Shown here: piece by piece, positions 1-11,477 of the stretch
How positions within the stretch are numbered: position 1 is the first letter of the stretch
Layout: every line of letters starts with the position of its first letter
NCBI RefSeq assembly: GCF_000143415.4
Contig: NW_003314261.1
Location: 5,988,822 to 6,052,821 of the forward strand
From: Selaginella moellendorffii
Lineage: Eukaryota; Plantae; Lycopodiophyta
Length of the DNA: 64,000 nt
Reading direction: 5' to 3'
Program-made: the position numbers and the translations under genes
The notes under the pieces: model-generated
Database searches by the model: none
What the model saw: only the letters and a program-made list of their open reading frames with translations
Told to the model about the DNA's origin: nothing

Positions 1-680
1 ATACCAGGCGTGGCTCAACAAAACCTCGCTCTAAGCCCATGGCTAGAGCACCCAAGGACGGAAGGTGGGGAGAGTACCTAGGTGGCTTGTGTAAGGCCAT
101 GGTGTTCCGAAATGTTGCCCCAAAGGCCCGGACTGTGGAAAGGAAGAGGAGCAGTCCTCTGGGGTAGTGACCAAGGACACAGTCGTGTGGTGAGGAAGTC
201 CTAGAGGACCGTGGGACTTAGTGGTCGGGCCTGTGGGCCTCGATCCAGTGGCAGTGCTGGCAAACACAGCCAAGGGCAGATAGGGACTTAATGGGGACTG
301 ACAGAGGGATATTGGGGAAGGCTGTTCCCCTTGTCGGTGGGCATCCTAAGGATGCTAAGGAGTGGATCTGGGTTGACCACTCATGGATGGTGGGCCCAGT
401 CTTGGAGAGCCAAGATTGTGATGCAAGTGGTATTGGATTACCAGCGTGGCAAAGGTGATTGGGCATGGCTTTAGCATAACAGGCTGCTATGTCAGTGGTA
501 CCTTTGAGTGTCGATCGTGGGATCGGACACATGGAGCACTAGGACCAGGTGCAAAGGTTGAGTGGCATGGATGCCATTCTTGGGGCTAGCAAGTCCCAAG
601 TCCTGGATTGGACTTATGGAGGTTGTGAATGAGACTCCTCCATGTGGTCGGAGGTGTGGTTAAGTGACTAGTCGCTTACA
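1..680 (+). mobile_element. 3' part of an LTR (family A, GAGTCC-repeat LTR), truncated by the window edge
   Basis: Colinear with 3490-4188. Ends in GTCGCTTACA at 680 like the complete LTR, but is followed by GAGTCC repeats rather than a PBS. Confidence 0.8.
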
Positions 681-1200
681 CCGAGATGGAGTCCGAGATG
701 GAGTCCGAGCTGGAGTCCGAGGTGGACCCGAGATGGAGTCCGAGATAGAGTCCGAGCTGGAGTTTGAGATGGACCTGAGATGGAGTCCAAGATGGAGTCC
801 GACATAGAACCAAGACCAAGACTGAGACCAAGACCGAGACTGAGACCAAGACCGAGACCGAGTTCGAGTCAGAATCCGGGACCGAGACCGAGTCCGAGTT
901 CGAGTCCGAGTCCGAGTCCGAGTCCGAATACTAATACAGGCAATTGGGTGAAAGCCCAAAGCGATTGTCCCCCAGGGGGGGTTAGGGGGGGTTCCAAAAG
1001 TATAGTAAGGAGAGTGTGGGGGTTGGAGCCCAGTGGAGCCAGTTTGGCTAGGAAAGGCCAGTTTGTCCCAGGAAGGCCATACCCAACTGTTAGGTGATGG
1101 GATGACCACTGGGAAGTCCAAGACTAGAGTGAATACATACAGACAAGTGGGGTAGCTTGGTGAAGTGTTCAAAAGCATGTAAAGGCCTATAAGTAGCAAC
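681..1200 (+). mobile_element. Internal fragment of a family A LTR (repeat block plus promoter-like block)
   Basis: GAGATGGAGTCC/GAGACC repeats, then GGTGAAAGCCCAAAGCG...GTATAGTA; colinear with ~2900-3410. Confidence 0.7.
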
Positions 1201-1254
1201 ATTAATCCCAGTGTGTGGGATTATAAAGTGAGCATACCCAGATTGAGGAACCAT

Positions 1255-2299
1255 TGTAACCGACTAAATTTTCCATTCTACTTTAGTCACTTAACCACAC
1301 CTCCGACCATTTGGAGGAGTCTCATTCACAACCACCATAAGTCCAATTTAGGACTTGGGACTTGCTTGCATCGAGAACGGCATCCCTGCCACTCAACCTT
1401 TGCACTTGGTCCAAGTGCTCCACATGTCCGATCCCATGACCGACACTCAAAGGTACCATCGACATAGCAGCCTGTTACGCTAAAGCCATGCCCAATCACC
1501 TTTGCCACACTGATGGTCCAATACCACTTGCATCACAGTCTTGTCTCTCCAAGACTGGGCCAACCATCCATGAGTGGTCATCCCAAATCCACTCCTTAGC
1601 ATCCTTAAGATGCCCACCAACAAGGGGAACAGCCTTCCCCAATATCCTTCTTTCAGTCCCCACCAAGTCCCGTCCTACCTATAGCCGTGTTCACCAACAT
1701 TGCCACTGGGTCAAGGCCCACAAGCCCGACCACTAAGTCCCAATGTCCTTTGGGACTTCCTCACCATGTGACTGTATCCTTAGTCACTACACTAGAGGTT
1801 TGCTCCTCTTCCTTTCCACCGTCTGGGACTTTGGGGCAACATTTCAAAACACCGTGGCCTTATGCGAACCACCTAGGTATTCTCCCTACCTTCTGCCTTT
1901 GGGTGCTCTAGCCATGGGCTTAGAGTGAGGTTTTGTTGAGCCACGCCAGGTATCCAAATAGGTAGTGCCACCCACACTTGGACTGGGAGCATCGACCATT
2001 CGATCTCCCAGGGGAACTAGAGCCAACTCTTGAAAACTTCACCAAGCTACCCCACTTGTCTGTCCATATTCACTTTAGTCTTGGACTTCCCAATGGTTAT
2101 CCCATCACCCAATAGCTAGGTATGGCCGTTCCTAGCGAAACTGGCTCCACTGGGCTCCAAGCCCCACACTCTCCCTACTATACTTTTGGAACCCCCTACA
2201 GCAAACCCCCCCCCCCCATCTCCATCTCGGATCCATCTTGGACTCCATCTCGGATCCATCTTGGACTCCGTCTCGGACTCCGTCTCGGACTCCATCTCA
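1255..2299 (-). mobile_element. Inverted, 5'-truncated family A LTR
   Basis: Reverse complement of ~2950-4188 (TGTAACCGACTAAATTTTCC at 1255 is the LTR 3' end). It breaks off inside its GGACTC repeat block, where the next LTR starts. Confidence 0.8.
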
Positions 2300-2300
2300 G

Positions 2301-3045
2301 TGTGAGACACAAAATCCCTAGGCCCCAAAGTGGAGCTGGAAGGGCGCCACATGGTAGTGGCCGAAGCGAGAGCCAAACGAGCGTAACACGTTTGGACCAA
2401 AAGCTCCGACTTGAAAAGTCAAGAGCGGGAGTGGAACTCCCAACGAAGTGCTCGAGGAACGAGCACGAAGCGAGCAAAAGGCGAGGCTCCAAAAAGGGAC
2501 CCAAAAGGACCAACACATGACACGTGGGAGTGTCCGAGATGGATTCGACTTAGAGTCCGAAGTGGAGTCCGAGATGGACTCGAGTTGGAGTCCAAAGTGG
2601 AGTCCGAGATGGACCCGAGTTGGAGTCCGAAGTGGAGTCCAAGATGGACCCGAGATGGAGTCCGAGATGGAGTCCGAAGTGGAGTCTGAGGTGGACCCGA
2701 GATGGACCCGAGTTGGAGTCCGAAGTGGAGTCCGAGATGGAGTCCGAGATGGAGTCCGAGTTGGAGTCCGAGGTGGACCCGAGATGGACCCGAGTTGGAG
2801 TCCGAAGTGGAGTCCGAGATGGACCCGAGATGGAGTCCGAGATGGAGTCCGAGATGGAGTCTGAGGTGGACCCGAGATGGACCCGAAATGGAGTCCGAGA
2901 TGGAGTCCGAGATGGACCCGAGATGGAGTCCGAGATGGAGTCCAAGATGGACCCGAGATGGACCCGAGATGGAGTCCGAGATGGAGTCCGAGATGGAGTC
3001 CGAGATGGAGTCCGAAGTCAAGACCGAGACCGGGACCGAGACCGG

Positions 3046-3082
<37 letters not shown>

Positions 3083-4188
3083 GCCGAGGCCGAGACCGAG
3101 CCCGAGCCCGAGTCCGAGTCCGAATCCGAGTCTGAGTCCGAGTCCGAGTCCGAGTTCGAGTCCGAGTCCGAGTTCGAGTCCGGAGCCTGAGAGGGTGAAA
3201 GCCCAAAGCGTTCGTCTCCCAGACCCTGGGGGGTTTGGTGAGACCCAAAAGTATAGTAGGGGGGAGGACTGCAGTGGAGCCAGTTTGGCCAGGAAAGGCC
3301 AGTTTGGCCCAGGAAGGCCAGACCCAGTGTTGGGTGATGAACTGACCACTAGGAAGTCCAAGACTAGAGTGAATACGGACCGACAAGCGGGGTAGCTTGG
3401 TGAAGTGTTCAAGGGCCGGCTCTAGTTCCCCCGGGAGATCGACTGGCCGATGCTCCCAGTCCAAGTGTGGGTGGCACTACCTACTTGGATACCAGGCGTG
3501 GCTCAACGGAACCTCGCTCTAAGCCCATGGCTAGAGCACCTAAAGGCGAAAGGCGGGGAGAGTACCCAGGTGGCTCGCGTAAGGCCACGGTGTTCCGAAA
3601 TGTTGTCCCAAAGGCCCAGACTGTGGAAAGGAAGAGGAGCAGTCTTCTGGGGTAGTGACCAAGGACACAGTCGTGTGGTGAGGAAGTCCCAGAGGACCGT
3701 GGGACTTAGTGGTCAGGCCTGTGGGCCTGGATCAAGTGGCAGTGTTGGCAAACATAGCCATGGACAGAAAAGGGACTTGGTAGGAACTGACAAAGGGACT
3801 TTGGTGAAGGCTAATCCCCAGGTCTGTGGGCATCCTAAGGATGCTAAGGAGTGGATCTAGGATGACCACTCATGGACGGATGGCCCAGTCTTGGAGAGAC
3901 GGGATTGTGATGCAAGTGGTATTGGACCACTAGTGCGGCAAAGGTGAATGGGCATGGCCTTAGCGTAACGGGCCGATATGTCAGTGGTACCTTTGGGTGT
4001 CGGTCTTGGGACCGGACACGTGGAGCACTTGGACCAGGTGCAAGTGTTGAGTGGCATGGATGCCATTCTTGGGGCTAGCAAGTCCCAAGTCCTGAATTGG
4101 ACTTATGGAGGTTGTGAATGAGACTCCTCCAAGTGGTCGGAGGTGTGGTTAAGTGACTAAAGTAGAATGGAAAAATTAGTCGCTTACA
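2301..4188 (+). mobile_element. Complete 5' LTR of family A retrotransposon (TG...CA, ~1.9 kb)
   Basis: Starts TGTGAGAC, ends CGCTTACA, and is followed after 3 nt by a tRNA-iMet PBS. Confidence 0.8.
2530..3181 (+). repeat. Degenerate 6/12-mer tandem repeat (GAGATGGAGTCC / GAGACC / GAGTCC) inside the LTR
   Basis: Directly visible. It generates the spurious ESE/SPRW/RTR ORFs in all frames. Confidence 0.95.
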
Positions 4189-4191
4189 ATT

Positions 4192-4203
4192 TGGTATCGG
4201 AGC
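4192..4203 (+). other. Primer binding site (tRNA-iMet), TGGTATCGGAGC
   Basis: One mismatch to canonical TGGTATCAGAGC, directly downstream of the LTR end. Confidence 0.85.
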
Positions 4204-5080
4204 TGTTCCTTAGTCCGACTTTTATTGGTGCTCAAGTATATCACCACTGGTGTTGGCAACAGAAGGTCCAAGAAGTGGGCCTATCCTTGAGGAGTAGCAG
4301 GTCGGGAAGACATGGCTCTCCATTACAGTTCATGTGTGAACTTGTAGACAAGGTGGTGGATAGAAAAGGGGCCAATAATGGAACGACTTTGGGATCTTGG
4401 GAACAGTGCAAGGTTTTCCTCATTGAGTTGAGGAGGTGATCCAGATGAGCGTTTGACCCAGCAAACGGGCTAATGTAGTTGGGGTAAACAACTATAGTTG
4501 GGATCACGGGGAAGATAGAGACTCTAAAAACAATAAAGGAGTCACGAGTTTATCCTCACATGGTTGAGGCTGGTGCTCATAAAGGTGAGACCGGAATGGA
4601 TGACCGTGAGAGGTCAAGTATGGATGAGGACACGAGTCAAGCTCTATTTTGTTAAAGTGGGAATTGTCATTATCCCACTTGTAAAATAAGGTTTCCAAAC
4701 CTTTATATAGTATATAAATATAACAAAATTCAACTGCATTGAGGCACATGCCATTTTATTTTAAACAAGGAAATTTCTACTCAATCACTTCTCCTCCCCC
4801 TGCCACTGCTTCACCTCTCTCTTCTCCTTGTCATCGTCGTCCAATTTCTTTCCATCCTTTTAATATTGGCTCAGTTGCTCCAAGTCTAGGTGGAGCCCAA
4901 GTCCCCATTCAATCTTTACTTTCCCATTATTAATAAAACAACTTCGTAGACTTCCAATAACATGCTGTAACACTTCTAGTATAATGCAAATCCTCTCAAA
5001 GAATTGTCTTTTAATATTAATACAATTGCATGGAACACCATGCCATAATAAGTTACATTTTTAAATAAATACATGCCATC

Positions 5081-8000
5081 TCAGACTGTTATTTTTTGCC
5101 TCCAACGCCTATACAATAATCTTGGAATTTCATCACTCTCCACACTATCAGGATTTAAACCCAATAGTAATGCCATCTCTTCTCTAATACGTCCACGCTC
5201 ATGTTCAGTGGTTGAAGAACCCATCCGGTTGAGTAGATTATGGAGATGCGGATAGTGCTTGGCTAGACAATATACATGCCATAAATGATGACTGGTGTCT
5301 GTCCGATCAAATGGCTTCTGATATACCGTTCCATCTGCCATTTGGTTGATTTCTGCAGCCACCTCCTGGACTGGCCGGTTCTCTATCACCATCGCTCCAA
5401 GCCGTTTTGCAAGGTCCCCCAGAACATACGGTTTCTTCTCCCTAGTTTCCATACTGCAAGAGATGGGGTGCACTGCATATGTGTGCGTGTTCGCTGCAGT
5501 TTTAATCGGCGAGTCATCGATGATGAGGATTTCACTTGAGCTAGCAGTCCGGTTCATCACTACAGCCTCTGGCTTGACGAAGATGGGCTTGCTACCCCTC
5601 ACATGGACCATAGTCAAGCAATCCTCCTGCGTTAGGAGAAAGTCAAATGGTAATATTACTCGCGTCTGATCGTGCATCATCTGTAGCAACGTTAATGCAT
5701 TGTGGCGCATCATGGATGTCCAAACTCCCAATTGCAAATTGAACCCGGCCCTCTGTTTTAAGTGTCGCATGGTCATTATTAGATCCCGCAGTTTCTCCCG
5801 TGTGATTAATGTGAATCTGTCTCTTTTGACCAACTTGCGACCGCAGGCTTTGGAGGGTGCAATGACATTCGAGGACGAGCCACGCTCATGGGAGAAAAGG
5901 ACACCGTTCAGATCAAAAACGATACAGTACCTTCGCCGTGACTCTGAAATGAAATGCGTCAGCATAAAAAATGGTACAAGTCAATTTTACCATCTACAAT
6001 ATTAGCGAATGTTGCTCCCGATGGTCGTTGAGAGGGTTTTGGTCGAGGAAACGTGAAGGGCGGAAATACTCTCCTCTGCAATGTGGGGTCAATTGCATCC
6101 GATGGCGTGTGGGCACATGCCATTTCAGCTGTAGACTCTGGTACAACTGGCTCAACAGTGGCATGGGGTGGTTCCGATGGCGTGTGATCACACGCCATTT
6201 CAGCTGGTGCCTCCGTTGGCAAAGTGGACATGACCGAACAAGCAGCAGGGGCGGTGTAGGGAGGTTCCAACGGCGCGTAGTCAGACGATTGGGCACACGT
6301 TGAGTCCGTTGGAAATGAGGATACGACCGGCTCGGCGGCTGGGGCGGCCTCATGTGGGTCCAATGGCGCCTGGTCACCGTCAGTTGGATACGTGGACAAG
6401 ATTGACTTAGTGGTATGGGCAGCATCAAGTGGAGCGTGGTCAGCTTGCTTGGCGTTGATATGTATAGTAGCCTCCACCAGCTCTGATGACTCTTGCAGCC
6501 AAGTAGAGTCCACTGGCGGATCCATATGCATGTCCAAATATCTCCCTTCGATTGAGATGGTATCCTCCCGTGCTACTAAAAACAAACTCATTAGCACATT
6601 GAATCGACTATACTGTATTTACCATCAACTGCTATTGAGGAACTAGGACCGATATCACTTGGGCGCACTGCTGATTCTGAAGGATTAGACATATGTTTCG
6701 ACCCTTGCTTGGCACTATCCTTCCTCGACACTAAAGGCTAGAGTTTGTAAATTCAACTGAATAATCTCTACTTACCATTTGCTCTGCGACCTACATGGAC
6801 AATGTTAGAAATGGTAAAAGGTTAGGAATGGATGTATTATTATTTACCTGATGGTTTGTCTTGTATGACCTTCCTCCGCCGCTCTTTGGCCACCTCAGGC
6901 TGGCCATCGTCGTCATCATCGTCGTCGTCGTTATTGTGATCGTCACCATTGTGAGGACCATCCAAGTCCTCTTCATCCTCCTCTTCTTCGTCCTCCTCTT
7001 CTTTGTCCTCCTCTTCGTCCTTCTGCTCTTCTTGCTCATTATCTTTCTCTGGCTCCTCATCCCCCTCCTGCATTTCTTCCATAGGCTGCTCAGGCTGGAT
7101 GGCTTGTTCTTCCAGGACCATCTTGGGAAAATCATCTGGCCGAGTCTCCATCTCAAAATACAAGACATCCATAGCCTGTTTTAGTGCGTGACCTAGGACC
7201 GTATCCTCACCCGACTGTCTTAACATGGTTTCTGCACGTTCTTGCACCCTTCGAAGACGACGAGATGAGAAAAACGTGGCCCTGCCTTGAAAAGCTTCCC
7301 TCATCCATTGTACCTCTCCATTGAGATTGGGGAAGGGGAGTCCGCCATAGGAATCTGAGTCATGAGGTGGTGACTGCCTGCTTTCACTCAGCCCTTGATC
7401 TGCAATGAATGGCATGAGCACACACGCCATAACCGCGAGGCATTACCTATCATCTTTTCGTTGCCCTTCTTCCTTTTCGAATCAAACGCCTCTGATCTCG
7501 ACGACTGTCCAACGTGCTTTCGCTTTTTATGACCACTGTCAGTTTGAGCTTGGCTGGTGCTTGCCTGTTTTGCCTTTGAAGAAGTTTCTCCTGCAAGGAA
7601 TGGCATGAGACCACACGCCATTGCAAATATAATTTGTACCTCCTTTTTTCCTATTGCTTTTCTGTTTGTCCTTCTTCGATGCGCCACCAGTGCGCTTTTC
7701 AGTCCTCGTGTCTAAATATTCACAACGATCTATAATCAAAATGGCGTGAGGCCTCACGTGACCTTACCTTGTGCAGGTTGTGAGCTCGGCCCAACATGGG
7801 TATCTTCAATAGTAGCTGTTAACGCCGTTTCAGCATCTGGGGGTGGCCACGCTCCTGCATACAGAGCTTGTGAGATAACATTTAAACTTAAAGTGTGTAC
7901 TCACCAGGTTCACAGAGAAGATACTGTTTTTCTTTGGCAACTGTAATTATATGCTCCATTGAAGTCATCTCTTCAATGGAGTTTGTCACCGCAACACAAG

Positions 8001-10703
8001 GGACACCCTTGAGTAGTGCGGCTCGAAAGAATAGTCCGCCGCAGTTGTACTCGACAACACATTTGCCCTTGGAGTCAGAAGCAGATGACCCACCCGCTAT
8101 TGCGTTGAAGACCCAGCTGAGCATTTCCCATGCTGCACCTGGAGCTTTCTTTGGATTCGAAAGCTCCATAGCCGTCTTCAGTTCCTCAGGCACGGGTAAA
8201 TTGACCTCCCTCAGATCAATTCGATTGGCCTTGTCGAACGAAGCTGGGAAGTCACTCCAGTCCCACTCTGCTGCAGGACCAATAACAAGGGCGAGTGTGA
8301 AGATGCGGACATTCGTCGGTATCTTCTTCTTAGCCATTATCCCATGGATCTCCCGCATCTCCTTGCCTTTCAACCGAGCCTTCACCTCGTTCAAGGCCTT
8401 CCAGAACTTGTGATAGGATTCGGAGTCGTAGATCATATAGTGGACTGAAGATTCCACCTCCGCAAGTCCCACCATTAAGTCAATGATGGAGCTGACTTTG
8501 TCTGCATGAGTGATCTCCTCGTTTGTGAAGTCCATCACACAAAAGATGTTCTTGACCTGCTCATCTCCGCGGGAAACGATGCTCCTCCACCTTTGATCCT
8601 CATCCGAATTCAAGTATACCCGGTAAGGTTCTCGATAGGCCTCTGCTGTGGGGTCGAGTTGTTTCTGAAGCCGGCGGTCGACATCAATCTTAATGAAATT
8701 TGGATACTGATCCAACTTCTCAGCTTTACTTTTCGTGGCATCCCGCAGCAGATCGATGAACTTGGGGGCCCCCTTCACGTACTCGTCGATGTCTTCATTT
8801 GACAACTCCAGCGCTTCCATCATCTCTTGCGTGGTGTCGATGCTCACCCTCTCCATGGCCACTTGCTCGAAGATCCAATCCTTCAATAGCGCACGAGCTC
8901 TCAGAGTCGTGCACAAGTCCTCGTATGTCACAATATGGCCGGGAGTCATTTTGGTCTTGTTGAAGACTACCTCACCACGTAGAAGAGCATTAGCCACTGT
9001 CAGAAGGTCGTCGTCGTCTAGAGACCGCGAGAAACGCAAGGCGTTGAGCTTCAAATCATTGGGCTTCCGACCGTCCTCCACACCCATTGAGTTTGGCAAC
9101 TCCCCGTCATGGTACCTCCTCAACACATCTACCCATTTGTCAAAAACAACTTTTGTCGCGAGTAGAATGTTATGGATGCTGAGTGTGTCATTGACCCCCA
9201 GTGTTTTCGAGAGAAGACTCGAGAATTCCTGCAATGGAAATGGCGTGAGGCCACATGCTATGCCACATGCAACGAGGCTTACCTGCCAGGCGCTAGTTGC
9301 TAGTGCACGTCCTTGTCCTGGTTTTTGTGGCTTCTTCAGTTGAACCCAGAGCTTCCGTGTTCGTGCCAATGTCTCGTGCAGACCCGATTTGTAGCACGTT
9401 TCTTGCTTGACATTCTGCGCGTGGGAGATGTATATGATAGATCGGAGGGGCGAGTTGCCTTTTATCAGGCGGACAACTCTTGTCTTGAAGACTTTCTTCA
9501 CCTCCTCGCCCACCATAATATCCACAACTATCTCTTGCATCGCCAAGCTAGAATGCTGCCCGGAGACGGCATAGAACCGGATGTTCTGATCGTCCAACAC
9601 CTTCCTATTGATCAAGTCTGGAAACCTCGTCTCGCCCTTCATTGTTCGGTAGTAGGGGATCACGTCTGCGATGTCGGGTGTTACTGGACTTGCCAGCATC
9701 TTCTGCTTCAGTTTCTCCACCCACTCATCAGATACTAGCCTGTGGTTGTATTTGCTTTGGATGTCGATACGGCTCACGTCGATTGTATATACATTGTTGG
9801 AATAGTAACAAGTACTATTATCTGCGACGATTTTTGCTGCCTCTTCTTGCTCTTTCTGCTCTTTGCGGCTCTTCTTTTTGGTGGGTGTAGTGTTCGAACC
9901 CGAGGCAATGGCATCACTGAGTAGCTTCTTTTTTGGAGCAGGAGAGTCAGACGTCGGCTTGAGCTTGACCACCCTTTTCTGCTTCGAGGTAGTTTCTAGA
10001 TCGACCCCCTTCCCCTTTGCTTCGCGAACTGGAGTCACTCTCAACGGCTCAATGTTGGAATATAGTTTTTGAACATCGCCGTAGGTGAGGTCCGTGGATT
10101 CCATGTGATCTTCATAGACCCGCAGCGTCTTTGAAATTGTGGGCCTCCTGGACAACCTCTCCCTAGCTCCCTCTAGGAATTCCTCATAGCCGCTGCCCCC
10201 CTCCGGGAAGCCGCTAGGATGTGCAAGGTGGATCTTGAAGGCAGACGCTGTCTCTACCACAAGTGCCAGTCCATATTCTTGCATGGAACTGCATGGAGTG
10301 TCTGTCACTTGGATGAGGATCCCCATGCATTCTTTTCTCCTACCATCTGTGTTGTACAGCCTCAGATCCTCGCCTTCCATCCCGAAAGTCCAACTGGTGA
10401 GCTCCTCCCCCTTCTCTGCATCCACATTGACAGTGGCTGGAAGAAGAACGCAATTCCTCGCCTGTTCAGAAATGCACAACAATTAGAGCTGACAGATGAA
10501 AAGCTAGTAGCTGGAAATAACGTGAGGCCACACGCCATTCACCACTGCATCAGCTGTCTTGAGGCTGCATCCTAAGATGGCGTGAGGCTACACGCCATCT
10601 GTAACCGGACTGCACTCGAGAGCCCAATCGGTGCATGCCAATGTTGCTACTGAATGGCATGTGGCCTCATGCCATTTTCTACTTGGCCTAAAAGACTTAC
10701 CAT
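5081..10703 (-). CDS. Predicted 11-exon cargo gene, ~1,643 aa: ParB/DGQHR-like + degenerate N4/N6 DNA-MTase fold + acidic linker + FCP1/NIF-like HAD phosphatase domain
   Basis: Exons (minus): 10703-10701, 10461-9283, 9228-7905, 7854-7768, 7711-7640, 7590-7447, 7399-6848, 6790-6776, 6730-6623, 6575-5991, 5943-5081. All introns are GT-AG (45-57 bp, first 239 bp) and the joined frame is open. Motifs: NHRLVSDEWVEKL...FYAVSGQHS; NPKKAP...CVVEYNCGG...AALLKGVPCVAV; IVFDLNGVL...VWTS...IIDDSP. Confidence 0.75.
10517..10675. promoter_or_regulatory. Cluster of three ATGGCRTG-N6-CAYGCCAT palindromes in intron 1 of the cargo gene
   Basis: Sites at 10517-10538, 10577-10598 and 10654-10675. Regulatory role is inferred. 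Confidence 0.6.
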
Positions 10704-11477
10704 TTGAAGCCGAATGGAGGCGTGACAACCGGACTCGCTGGCGAATGTGCACTGTGTGTGCAGCGGATTGTAGCAGCAAGGCTACTCTGCCACTTACAGT
10801 TGGAGAGTGGCGCTGAAATCTCCCGGGACGCCAAGTGGGCTGCGTGTGGGTGGCGGAGTGGGCGGCGGAGTTGGCGGCGAAGTTACAAACTGGGTGTGTC
10901 TTGAAGTGGACGCCGATGCACACGAGCGCGATGCGAGCGCGAGTGTGATGCAAGCGCGAGTGGACGCCGATGCACACGAGAAACCTGTAGAGAAGTGGGA
11001 GCGCGAGTGGGAGCGCGATGCGAGCGCGAGTGTGCGAGCGCGAGTACGAAGCAAAATGCAAAACCTAACCTCACACGCGCGAAATGTCACGACGGTTGGT
11101 AATCCCGCCACGTCATCATTTCTCGGACTTGGGCGCCACCATTAATTTCTGGATCGGCGCGCGCATGCGTGAAATCCAAAAGAAATCCGCAACGTCATCA
11201 TTCCTCGGACTGCATGCACACGAAATCCAAAAGAAAGATCATGATTGGGATATCATTTAATACCCTCGCTATATTTATACCATGCATGATTGGATATTCC
11301 AAAGCATCTTGTATTTCCAAAAATGCCAGATGTTCAGCTAAATAAATTGTCAGAGGATTTGATGTGACGTTCAAGCATGTGGGCTCATGCAATTTTGATC
11401 CCAAAAAATGCACCAAAAAATGCTCGGCGTCATCTGGCGTTATCTCTTGAATGGCGTGGGGCCGCATGCCATTTTCA

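Noticed and set aside
660-3464. Many long overlapping ORFs (ESE, SPRW, GL repeats)
   Set aside because: Stop-free translations of the LTR 6/12-mer repeat, not genes. The same applies to 21130-21453 and 26770-27014.
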